Assembly: GCA_963805975.1 (NCBI GenBank)
Contig: CAWDVR010000004.1
Span: forward strand, 525,069-589,068
Length of the DNA stretch: 64,000 nt
Direction of reading: 5' to 3'
Source of the DNA: an uncultured Acidobacteriota bacterium
Lineage (GTDB): Bacteria > Acidobacteriota > Thermoanaerobaculia > Multivoradales > SZUA-115
The notes under the pieces are model-generated. The model made no database searches. It had not been told where the DNA came from and worked only from the letters and a program-made list of their open reading frames with translations. How positions within the stretch are numbered: the stretch's first letter is position 1; every line of letters starts with the position of its first letter. Position numbers and translations under genes: made by a program. Of this stretch, positions 38,296-47,116 are shown piece after piece.

Positions 38296-40983
38296 TCAAT
38301 GCTCTACGAGCTCGGCCGCCACCGGGTTTCGCGGGCCACCCAGGAGCGCCCCCAGGCCGAGGAAGCTTCCCAGGCGCGAGCCCAGGAGGCCGCCCTGGGC
38401 CGTCGACACCAGCCGGATGCGGTTCGCCTCGCCGTAGGCGCAGGTGAGGAACGGCGCCCCGAGGTCGAGGTCGGACATCGCCTGCCGCTGCTCCGGGCTC
38501 ATCCCCGGCTCGACCATCGACAGCACCTGGTTGCCGAGCGACCCCAGGTTGCCGTAGACCACGGCCGAGAAGTCCAGGTAGCCGTCCGCCGGCAGGAGCG
38601 CCTTGAAGCTCGGGGCGTCGGGCAGTGAGTACTGCGAATCGCGTACCGCGAGCGCCCGGTCGAGGAGCGCCCGGCTGGGGGCGGCGATGAAGTAGCCGCC
38701 GTCGAAGGTGTAGCTCACCTCCACCAGGGCGATCGGCGTCGAGACGCGGTAGTAGGTGCGCCCGCCGACGGTCTCCTCGCCGAGGGTCACCCCCGGCTTG
38801 CCGGCGGCGGTCGCCGCCCGGTTGGCCTCGGCCACGGCCCAGACGATCGCCTGCTGCATGCGGGCGGCGTCGTAGACCTCGGCCACCACCTTCCAGGCTG
38901 GCGTCGGCAGGGCCGGGCCGTCGAGCGCGAAGGCGATCTCGCCGCCCAGCGGCGCCGCCAGGTCGTCCACCACGCTCACCCCGTGCTCGCGCTCGAAGCT
39001 GGCCAGGTGCTCGCGGAAGCCGGGCTCGGCGGCCTCGACGAAGCGGAAGGTCTCGCCGAGGATGGTCGCCGGGTTCTCCACCACGAAGGCGGCGGCGAAG
39101 TTGGCGTCGGCCGAGATGAAGTCCAGGGTCCCCATCGCCGCCGGCGCCGCCAGCCAGGACAGCGCGCCGCTCCTCGGGCCGTCGAAGTCGAGCACGCCGC
39201 CGGTGTGGGCCACGTCCTCGTTGACCTTGCGCTCGACGATCAGGTGCTGGACGTGGTCGAGGCCGGTGAAGGCCAGGGCGCCGCGGTCGCCGTGCGTGCT
39301 TTCCGCGGCCTCGCGGTCGAGGATGCGGCCGAGGTCGATGCCCGCCAGCCATTGCGCGCCGTGCGAGTAGGACTCTTCCAGGCGCTCGCCCAGGCCGGAG
39401 CCGGCGAAGCCGCTGGCGCCGGGAGCGGCCAGCCGTGCCGCCAGGGCCTGGAGCGAGGCGAGATCCGGGGCCGCGGCGAAGAGGTCGCCCGCCGGCCACA
39501 GCAGCAGCTCGTGATGAGCGGCCGGGGCCGCAGTCGCCGGGTCGGTGACGACGCGCAGCGTGATGCCGGCCCCGCCCTCGCCGTTCAGCCGCTCGACCTC
39601 GCTCGCCAGCACGGCCGCGAACGACGCCGGGTTGGCCACCTCGGCGAGGAGCAGCGGCGCGCGCGGCTCGCGGTCCGCCGCCAGGTCCATCGCCACCACG
39701 ATCTCCTCGCCCAAGTGCTGGCCCAGGCCGGCCAGCCGCCGGATCATCTCGGCCACCTGGCGGTCGGCGCCGGAGGCGCCCACCCGCTCCTGCCACCACT
39801 CGGCCAGCACTTCGTTTCCGGCCAGGCGCTGTTCGAAGATCTGGTAGGCGTCGGCCAGCTCGGTGGTCACGTTCGGCAGTCCGAGATAGATCGCCGTCTC
39901 CGGCGGCGCCAGCGGCAGCAGGCGGCTGTCGTAGCGCAGGCCGGTCGCGGCGAGCACGCGGCTCACCTCGCGGTCCAGGGCCTTGAGCTCGGAGAGGAGA
40001 GCCAGGTAGCGCTCGCGGTTCCGGCTCCAGGAGACCTCCTGCTCGACCGAGGCCGCGGTGTTGCCCTCGCGGGTCGCCGCCTGGTCGCCGGAGTGGAGCA
40101 CCCGCTCGTCGTCGCCCTGCTCGACCCGGACCTCGCCCTCGACCACTGCCACCCGCGAGCCCTTGGTGCCGTGGTTGACCGAGAAGATCGTGCCGGTGAC
40201 CGAGACCAGGCAGTCGTCGGTGGCGACGAAGAGGTGCCCGTGCTGCTTGGCCGCCTCGACGATGATGCCGCCGCGCGCCACCCGGATCGTGGTCTCGCCG
40301 CCGCGCTCGGCCACCGAGAGGGCGGATCGCTCGCGCAGCTCCACCTTGGAGCCGTCGCCCAGGCGCACCACGGCGCCCGAGTCCTTGCCGGTGCGGATCT
40401 CCTGGCCCTCGGCGATCGACTCGCCCGGCGCCAGGGGCTTCGTCTCGTCGCCCACCAGGCGGAAGAGCTGGCCTTCGACGGCCGCCACCTGGGCGATCGA
40501 GGAGCTACGGCCCAGGAAGTCGCCCCACTGCAGCACCGCAGTGGTGCCCACGGCCACCAGCACGGCGGCGGCGAGCGCCAGCCAGCCGCGGGAGATCAAC
40601 GGCCGCGCGGCGGTCCGGCGAAAGCCCGGCTCCGCGGCGCCGCTCCGGGCCACCTTCAGAGCGCGGCGGCAGGCGATGCACTCACGGCCGTGGTCCTCGA
40701 GCAGCAGCGCCTTGGCCGGGGCGAGCGCACCCTGGAGGTAAGCGGGGACCAGCGCCTGGTAGTCGGCGCAGGCGGCGAGCTGTGCGCCGGCCTGGGCAGC
40801 GACGGCGGCCTGGGCGGGGGCGAAGGCAGGCGCCGCGACGGACTCGCGGGCCAGCCGCTCGCGCACGCGGTGGGCCGCGGCGCGCTCCAGCTCGGGGGCC
40901 AGCTCGGCGGAGGCCACGGCGGCGATGGCCGCGTCGAGCGCGGCGTCGGTCGTCTGGGGAAGATCGCGGTCACGGTCGTTCAT
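38296..40983 (-). CDS. anti-sigma factor: zf-HC2 + transmembrane + FecR domain + ~600-aa uncharacterised C-terminal domain
   Basis: N-terminal HGRECIACRR zinc-finger motif; transmembrane helix (LALAAAVLVAVGTTAVL); FecR-like region (RLGDGSKVELRERSALSV...); long uncharacterised C-terminal region. Start overlaps the stop of the upstream ECF sigma gene. Confidence 0.75.
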   Translation of the reverse strand: MNDRDRDLPQTTDAALDAAIAAVASAELAPELERAAAHRVRERLARESVAAPAFAPAQAAVAAQAGAQLAACADYQALVPAYLQGALAPAKALLLEDHGRECIACRRALKVARSGAAEPGFRRTAARPLISRGWLALAAAVLVAVGTTAVLQWGDFLGRSSSIAQVAAVEGQLFRLVGDETKPLAPGESIAEGQEIRTGKDSGAVVRLGDGSKVELRERSALSVAERGGETTIRVARGGIIVEAAKQHGHLFVATDDCLVSVTGTIFSVNHGTKGSRVAVVEGEVRVEQGDDERVLHSGDQAATREGNTAASVEQEVSWSRNRERYLALLSELKALDREVSRVLAATGLRYDSRLLPLAPPETAIYLGLPNVTTELADAYQIFEQRLAGNEVLAEWWQERVGASGADRQVAEMIRRLAGLGQHLGEEIVVAMDLAADREPRAPLLLAEVANPASFAAVLASEVERLNGEGGAGITLRVVTDPATAAPAAHHELLLWPAGDLFAAAPDLASLQALAARLAAPGASGFAGSGLGERLEESYSHGAQWLAGIDLGRILDREAAESTHGDRGALAFTGLDHVQHLIVERKVNEDVAHTGGVLDFDGPRSGALSWLAAPAAMGTLDFISADANFAAAFVVENPATILGETFRFVEAAEPGFREHLASFEREHGVSVVDDLAAPLGGEIAFALDGPALPTPAWKVVAEVYDAARMQQAIVWAVAEANRAATAAGKPGVTLGEETVGGRTYYRVSTPIALVEVSYTFDGGYFIAAPSRALLDRALAVRDSQYSLPDAPSFKALLPADGYLDFSAVVYGNLGSLGNQVLSMVEPGMSPEQRQAMSDLDLGAPFLTCAYGEANRIRLVSTAQGGLLGSRLGSFLGLGALLGGPRNPVAAELVEH

Positions 40984-41585
40984 AGCGTGGTACCTCCGAG
41001 GAGCGGTTCGAGCTCACGGCCCAGCCGGTGCCGGGTGCGGTGTAGGATGACGGCGACCGCGGTCTGCGAGGTGCCGAGCATCTCGGCGATCTCGCGGTTG
41101 CCGTGGCCTTCGAAGTAACGGAGCGAAAAGATCTCGGCGGCGCGCGGGGAGAGGGCCGCCACCTTCGAGCGCAGCCAGCCGGCGAGCTCGCGGCGGCGGC
41201 GGTCTCCCTCGGGCCCGGCCTCCGGGGCCTCGGCCAGGTCCGCGGCCACCTCGTCCAGGTCCACCGCCCGGGCGCGTTTCCTGGCCCTAAGGAGGTCGAG
41301 GGCGGCGTTGACCGCTGCCCGGTAGAGATAGCTGGCGGCGCCGGAGGAGAGGTCGATCTCCTCCTCCCGCCGGATCAGCCGCGTGAACACGGTCTGCAGC
41401 ACGTCCTCGGCGTCGGTCGCATTGCCCGTCACGCGGTAGGCGATGCGCAGGATGCGGGAGTGGTGCTGCTCGAAGAGCTCGCCCACCGCGGACTCTCCGG
41501 GAGCCTCGAAAGGCCCGGGAGGCGCGTGGGTGGGTTGGTGGACGGCGGCGATCAAGGGCTCCTCCTTCTTCGGGTCTCTAGCCAT
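40980..41585 (-). CDS. ECF (sigma-70 family group IV) RNA polymerase sigma factor
   Basis: Region 2 (ELFEQHHSRILRIAYRVTGNATDAEDVLQTVFTRL) and region 4 (SLRYFEGHGNREIAEMLGTSQTAVAVILHRTRHRL). Start at MARDPKKE, preceded by GGAGG. Confidence 0.85.
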   Translation of the reverse strand: MARDPKKEEPLIAAVHQPTHAPPGPFEAPGESAVGELFEQHHSRILRIAYRVTGNATDAEDVLQTVFTRLIRREEEIDLSSGAASYLYRAAVNAALDLLRARKRARAVDLDEVAADLAEAPEAGPEGDRRRRELAGWLRSKVAALSPRAAEIFSLRYFEGHGNREIAEMLGTSQTAVAVILHRTRHRLGRELEPLLGGTTL

Positions 41586-41855
41586 AGAACGCCTCCAGTC
41601 GCGGATTCTTACCAGGCATACGAAGATGGGGACTGGTTCGGTTCGAGCTCGCAATGCCCTGGGAGGCGCGCAGCGTTACACACGAGTAGGTACCTGGAAC
41701 TCCCACGAAATCCCTTAAATCACTGCCACTGTTGACTTTGGAGTCGGACTGAGTATGTTCTTGTCCCATGAGCTACGCCCGAGTTGCGCGCCCACTGCAT
41801 GCCCCTCGCATGCCGTGGAGCGTGCCCGAAGGCGGCCTCGAACAGGGAGGAGAGC

Positions 41856-43088
41856 ATGCGAGTCAAGTTCAGTAAAGCCACTCTTGCCAACGCGAAGCCG
41901 GGTCCGACGCGATACCTTCTTCGAGATACCCGCACCGTGGGGCTCGCACTCAAGGTTGAGCCCTCGGGCACGCGGACCTTCGTCTTCGAGTACCGAGTCC
42001 CCGGCAAGCCGTCGCAGCGCTACAACATCGGCCGCTACGGCGAGCCCTGGACTCTGGAGCAGGCCCGGGCCGAAGCCGGACGATTGCGCTCACTCGTGGA
42101 CCGTGGCCTCGATCCGCTGACCGAGCGGCGGAAAGAGGCCAGCGAGGGCCGCAGTCTGGCAGAGCTTGGCGAGATGTTCCTCGCTCACGTCGAGAAGTGT
42201 GGGCGCCGGCCTGCCACGCTCTACCGCTATCGCCGGCTCCTGAGGCAGTTCATCCTTCCGCGCCTGGGTCTGCTGCGAGTGGATCAGATCGGCGTCGAGC
42301 ACGTCGAGCGCCTCCATGGGGCTCTTCAGAAGACTCCCGTCCAGGCCAACCTGGTCTTGGTGGTCCTGGGTTGCTGCTTGACGCTGGCGGAGCGTTGGGG
42401 GTGGATCCCTCGGGGCTCGAACCCGGTGCGGTGGGTGGAGCGCTATCCGAGGCGCAGGCGCGGGGAGAAGAAGGGCGTGATGCTCAAGCCCGAGCAGATG
42501 GCTCGGCTCTTGGCGGTACTGGACGAGGAGGAGCGAGCCGGGCGTGATCCGCTCGCGATCGGTGCGATGCGGCTTGCCTTCTGGACGGGGTGGCGAGCGA
42601 AGAGCGAGATTCTGCCTCTCCAATGGGCGAACCTCGATCTCGAGGGCGGCGAGGCGAGGCTTCTCGGCACGAAACGGGCCGAGGAGGAGTACCGGATGCT
42701 CTGCGATGAAGCGGTCGCGGTGCTGCGGTCCCTGCCGCGCATCGACGGCAGCCCGTGGGTTTTCCCTGGGATCGATCCTGCGAGGCCGCGTCGAAACCTC
42801 CAGTGGTTCTGGGAGCGGGTGCGCAGGAAGGCCGGCCTGGTGGGCTTGGAGGAGCTAGGTAACTTCCGGCTCCATGACCTGCGTCACAACGTCGTCAGTT
42901 GGGACGTATCGCGCGGGGTGAGCTTGAAGGTGGCGGGCGCCAACGTCGGCCACAAGTGCCAACAGTCCACCGAGGTCTACGCCCACTTCCTGCCGGCTCA
43001 TCTAAGAGACGCGGCCAACGCGCGCTCCCAGGCCATGCGGCAGGCCCTGGAGGCCGCGCAAGGCCGCAGCGAGCAGGAGGAGGTGTGA
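41856..43088 (+). CDS. int: tyrosine-type site-specific integrase (phage integrase family, P4-like with N-terminal arm-binding domain)
   Basis: GGGAGG Shine-Dalgarno before ATG. N-terminal DUF4102-like arm-binding region. Catalytic-domain motifs (LRLHDLRHNVVS, HKCQQSTEVYAHF with the catalytic Tyr). Confidence 0.85.
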   Translation: MRVKFSKATLANAKPGPTRYLLRDTRTVGLALKVEPSGTRTFVFEYRVPGKPSQRYNIGRYGEPWTLEQARAEAGRLRSLVDRGLDPLTERRKEASEGRSLAELGEMFLAHVEKCGRRPATLYRYRRLLRQFILPRLGLLRVDQIGVEHVERLHGALQKTPVQANLVLVVLGCCLTLAERWGWIPRGSNPVRWVERYPRRRRGEKKGVMLKPEQMARLLAVLDEEERAGRDPLAIGAMRLAFWTGWRAKSEILPLQWANLDLEGGEARLLGTKRAEEEYRMLCDEAVAVLRSLPRIDGSPWVFPGIDPARPRRNLQWFWERVRRKAGLVGLEELGNFRLHDLRHNVVSWDVSRGVSLKVAGANVGHKCQQSTEVYAHFLPAHLRDAANARSQAMRQALEAAQGRSEQEEV

Positions 43089-43250
43089 GGATGCCCAGGT
43101 CCAACCAACGCGCTCTAGCAGCCCGTGGGCCGCCTGGAAGCGATGTCTGCTTCGAAGACCGCGGCCCCCAAGCCGCACCCAGAAACCAAGCGGGCCGACC
43201 GAGTGCGTGAACACCCGGCCGACCCTAGCCGACCATGGAGCCGTAACCCC

Positions 43251-43688
43251 ATGACCGACCGAGAGCAGTCTACCGCTGCCGCAATACCTCTACCCGATCC
43301 CCCTCCACCCCCCGAGGAGCCGCCCTCGCCGCCTTCGCCCTTGGATGCCTGGGAGGAGCTCCAGCCCATCCGAGAGACGTTCCTCCACCACGTGGGCAAC
43401 GCCGAGACTCAGCAGGCTCTCCGCGCGATTGGCGATTACTTCTACCAGGCCGTTCTCGAATGGCGGAACTTCCCCGACGCGGAAACACCGATCATCCTGC
43501 TGGAGCTCGAAGCCGTGGCCAAGGACGTGCGCTATCTCCAGGGCTTTCTGCACCACACGGTGGCCGACGACGGCCGGGGCACTCTGGCCGATGCCCGGTA
43601 CGAGCGCTGGCTCAAGGTGAAGGCCGAGGAGTGGGCCGACACCCTCGGCGAGGTCGCCACCGAGATCGAGAAGGCGGTGGCGGAATGA
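43251..43688 (+). CDS. hypothetical island protein (Pro-rich N-terminus, helical C-terminus)
   Basis: ORF with PLPDPPPPPEEPPSPPSP followed by a helical region. An alternative GTG start at 43125 is possible. Confidence 0.4.
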   Translation: MTDREQSTAAAIPLPDPPPPPEEPPSPPSPLDAWEELQPIRETFLHHVGNAETQQALRAIGDYFYQAVLEWRNFPDAETPIILLELEAVAKDVRYLQGFLHHTVADDGRGTLADARYERWLKVKAEEWADTLGEVATEIEKAVAE

Positions 43689-44511
43689 AGCCCGCCTGCC
43701 GGAGGTCCGAGCGCCTCCAGCGACCCACCTAGAAACACTCTCTACGCCGCCCGGGCCTCCAGGAAACAGGAGAGCCCGGCGGCTTCCCCCAGCTCTCCGA
43801 AACACGACCTGTCGGACCACTGGAGGCCACCTGAGGACGCGCTGCCGGAGGGAGGGGACTCGCGAGGCCCGCCCCAAGCTGCGGCTGGAGTGGCCGTCCC
43901 TCGCAGACTCGGGTACGCGCCAGGCGCTCCGCACGCCCCACGCCGGCGGCCCCCCTCACCTCGGCCCTGCCGCCGTCCTGGGGCGTGCTGTGGGTCGCTG
44001 TCCGGGAATGGCCATTCCCGGACCTGTCGCTCGGCCAGCCTAGCCTTGGCCCTCGCTGTGCGAGGGCTTGGACATAACGCGTGGCGCTATGTCAACTTGG
44101 GCGGGGTGTCAGGGCCTGCGGCCGGCCCCGGCTTCGGCATCTCGCCGGACACTCTATGTCAGTGTTTGTTCGCGGATTCTGAGTCAGGATCAGCAGAGTC
44201 GCTCTAAGCTCAAAGGATCTATTTACGCCGGCTTGATCGAGTGGCCTATCGGGCCTAGATTGACGGCATACGCTTAGCATGCGGTCTGGCGGACGACAGA
44301 AGGCTAGTTAGCGGACTAGCCCGACAGGGCGATCCTGACTCGCGGCGGGGCGAAGATGTCAGGGGGCGAGAACTATCCTCGCCCGAACTCGGTCCGTGTC
44401 GCAGTCACCCAACGGGTTAGCATCAGTAGCGGAACGCGCGTTCTGCGGTTCTGTCTGCTGCAGGCCCCGAGTTGGCCGACCTTTGCGATTCGAGACGATC
44501 GAACGATTCCC

Positions 44512-44703
44512 CTACCGGTCCTTGTTGCCCTTGCGGTACTTGTCGCCAGCCGCCTTATCTGCCCCATCCTTACTGACGCCTTTTCCAGAGTAGGTTGCGC
44601 CCCCTTTGTGGATCGTAGTCTTGTGAGCTTCGCCGATTCCCGTCCCGAGGAACGACGCGCTCATACGGCTGACCTTGTCCGGGCGACTACCCTTTTTGCT
44701 CAT
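44512..44703 (-). CDS. small basic Gly/Lys-rich protein (KGG-repeat stress-protein-like?)
   Basis: 63-aa ORF with a strong AAGGAGG Shine-Dalgarno 7 nt upstream of ATG. Sequence is rich in K/G/D with HKGGATYSGKG. Confidence 0.45.
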   Translation of the reverse strand: MSKKGSRPDKVSRMSASFLGTGIGEAHKTTIHKGGATYSGKGVSKDGADKAAGDKYRKGNKDR

Positions 44704-44790
44704 GGAATCCTCCTTTGATCACCGGCCGAGGGTATCACCCTCTCTGAGGCTGTGGCTTGCTGGCCACCGCTTTCTTAGACCGCTCACTTC

Positions 44791-45366
44791 TCATCGCAGT
44801 ATGGCAATTCGGGCTACAGACGCGACCAAGCTGCCGGCGCCAACCGCGATGGGTACCCACCGCTCAAGAACGGCACGCACTGAAAGAACTCGGAAGTGCT
44901 GATCGATCTCGGCACGAAAGAGCCGTGTGAACTCAGCGCGCTTCCCGCCCAGCCAGACCTCGAACTCTTCAGGATTCTCGTCTGGTTCCGGCGCGAGATT
45001 CGTGTACTGAGCGGCTAGCCTTGCGGCGGAACTTGAAAAGACACGCTCGCGGTCCATGGCCCAAGCCTTTAGATCGGCCGTGCTGTAGATCCAGAATGCC
45101 GTCAGTAAGTAGATCTGCACCGCGCAGAGAACTCCAAGCAGTCTGCCGGTATCACCGGCCGAGAGTTCGACGCCCAATGCATCGATCCTGGAGGGGATCA
45201 CCCCTCCAACCGCGACCACGAGTTGCGTAACGCTGACGGTTAGCAATGCCCGCCTCTCTTTGCGCGACTCCTCTGACAGAGGATCTACGAGGGCCCTCGC
45301 CTCAGTGATTTCGGCCCGTTCTTCCTTTTCCCAGATCTTCGGCATCGGTTCCTCATTGCCGGCCAA
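44791..45366 (-). CDS. hypothetical membrane protein (two predicted transmembrane helices), island cargo
   Basis: 191 aa. Transmembrane segments LLTVSVTQLVVAVGGVI and LLGVLCAVQIYLLTAFWIY. Lies 25 nt downstream of the preceding cargo gene on the same strand. Confidence 0.5.
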   Translation of the reverse strand: MAGNEEPMPKIWEKEERAEITEARALVDPLSEESRKERRALLTVSVTQLVVAVGGVIPSRIDALGVELSAGDTGRLLGVLCAVQIYLLTAFWIYSTADLKAWAMDRERVFSSSAARLAAQYTNLAPEPDENPEEFEVWLGGKRAEFTRLFRAEIDQHFRVLSVRAVLERWVPIAVGAGSLVASVARIAILR

Positions 45367-45391
45367 CGGCTACCCGTCTGATCGCGTGGCG

Positions 45392-46246
45392 TCAGCCGCT
45401 CGCTCCAGCCGGTTGATTGGGCATCTTTAGGGCGCCCTTCTCTTCAGGCCAAGCTCGCTCAAACCAAGAATAGTGAGCTCCGTCCGGATCCTCGAAGTCT
45501 TCGCACGCCACCCAGATCTCCGCCTCGGGCCTCCTCGCTAGGCTCGCGACCAAGGCTCTCCACCAGGCTTCCCCGGCGTGTGCAACGGAGCCTTGCGGAT
45601 CAAGCAGCACGACTTGGCGATCGTTGCTGTACGCCGCAAACTTTTTCATGGCCGAGGCAAGGAGTCTCTCGAGCTCAGCTGTGAGCTCCGCGGGAATCGG
45701 CCTCGGCGCCTGCCACATCTCCAGCGGCAGCAGGAATCTCACGCTGGTCTCGTGGGCGTACTCATCAAGATCTGATTCGCGAAGGTGCCGCAGACTCCAG
45801 TTCGGCTGGCCCCTCTTCTCGATCCCCTGGCCAGCCTCCAGAACCGACCAGTGCTCTGCAACGATTCGTGCCATCTGCCCCACCGTCTCCTCAATCTCCG
45901 CTCTCCGAGTAGGCCGATCGCCGGATATTGCGAGCTCATAAGGGCCATCGAGCACGGCAGTTGGGAGAGCTGCACGAAGGGCACCAATCAGGGCATGATC
46001 TGACGAATGTCGGACTACGTACTCGGCCGGCCACACAAGGCACTTCCGCTCGATAACCATCCGACCCCTGCATCGGTCGCAGTACAGTGCTTCAGGCTGG
46101 GGCGTATCCCGGATCCGTATGTCGAGACAAGTGACGTGCTCATACGCAGAGCCCTCGACATCGTTAAGCTGTTCGACTAAGGGCTGAACGCGCCAGAACT
46201 CGCAACCGCCACTCTCGGGTAAACAGCTCATTAGTCCCCCACGCAC
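45392..46246 (-). CDS. hypothetical protein with N-terminal Cys cluster, island cargo
   Basis: 284-aa ORF in the lower-GC region. N-terminal C...C / CxxC arrangement (CLPESGGCEFW...CDRCRGRMVIERKC). No recognisable family. Confidence 0.45.
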   Translation of the reverse strand: MRGGLMSCLPESGGCEFWRVQPLVEQLNDVEGSAYEHVTCLDIRIRDTPQPEALYCDRCRGRMVIERKCLVWPAEYVVRHSSDHALIGALRAALPTAVLDGPYELAISGDRPTRRAEIEETVGQMARIVAEHWSVLEAGQGIEKRGQPNWSLRHLRESDLDEYAHETSVRFLLPLEMWQAPRPIPAELTAELERLLASAMKKFAAYSNDRQVVLLDPQGSVAHAGEAWWRALVASLARRPEAEIWVACEDFEDPDGAHYSWFERAWPEEKGALKMPNQPAGASG

Positions 46247-46821
46247 GTCGCGCCCAAATCAGTGCTCTGCATTGGACGGTCCAGGCCTCCAGGATCCTTG
46301 AGATCCTCACTTGTTCGTCGAGGTCCTAGAGGGGTTAGGGCTATGTCCATGCGAATCGATTTCGGATGCCAGTACTTAGCAGCATTCTACGCCTACTTGA
46401 ATAAGAGTCAACGAGGCCGAGAGCCCTGGCTTGGTGCCTCGCCCCAAGACCCCGCCTGAGCTCGCTATCGCTCGGCTCTTCCGGCTGCATGAAGAGCGAC
46501 TGAAATACGGTTCACATTTGAACCTTGGTCTCTCTGTCTCACCTCTGGTACCTCTTTGCCCCATGCGCGGAGCCTGGATACCCAACCTCTCGGAGCTTGT
46601 CCGTTCAGCCCTCTTGGAGCGTCCCTCTCAGCGACCGCGGGGGGCCGAGGACGAATCTCGCCCCCTACAGCAAGCTCCTGCGTCCAGCCTCCTCGCCGTC
46701 GGTCGGTCGCTGCGAGTCAACTTCTTGCCGCCGCCTGGGCTCCGAAGAGGAGCCACCGGCAGCAAAGCATTGCCTTGGAGGGTAAGCGACGGATTTCTCC
46801 TCTGGCTCGGGCTCACCGTTC

Positions 46822-46953
46822 CTGACGACGAAGCAAGCCGCCGCGTACCTGCGCCTGGAGCCCAGCACGCTCGAGAGCTGGCGTTCCGTCGGAGGCGGCC
46901 CTGTGTTCCACAAGCTCGGCGGGCGCATCTACTACACCCGCGCCGACCTCTAG
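46822..46953 (+). pseudogene. AlpA/excisionase-family HTH (MerR-like) ORF lacking a canonical start; possibly degenerate xis
   Basis: Translation (F)LTTKQAAAYLRLEPSTLESWRSVGGGPVFHKLGGRIYYTRADL matches the excisionase/AlpA HTH_17 pattern. An in-frame TAA lies about 13 codons upstream of the HTH with no ATG/GTG/TTG between (only a CTG at 46822). The ORF stops right after the conserved RADL. Confidence 0.45.
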
Positions 46954-47116
46954 GCTTGGATTGAGTCCCGGCGTTGCCGATCGACTGCCGAGCACTGGGC
47001 GAGAAGGTCAAGGGATCGTCCTACCGAGCGCTCCGGCTTCCTCGGTCGAACCTCGAAACCGTAACGGTCGGGTGCTGCCGGCCGGTGCCGCTCCGAAGGA
47101 CTCGGAGGAGTCGGCC

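Noticed and set aside
41586-41855. Looked for a tRNA/tmRNA gene as integrase target next to int
   Set aside because: No cloverleaf-compatible sequence or conserved T-loop (GTTCRANYC) was found in the region between the sigma start and int. The sigma/DUF481 intergenic palindrome is the more likely target.
44068-44360. Moderately lower-GC non-coding stretch in the island, considered as a possible small RNA
   Set aside because: No recognisable conserved RNA motif, promoter-terminator pair or stable extended structure was evident by eye. It is left unassigned.
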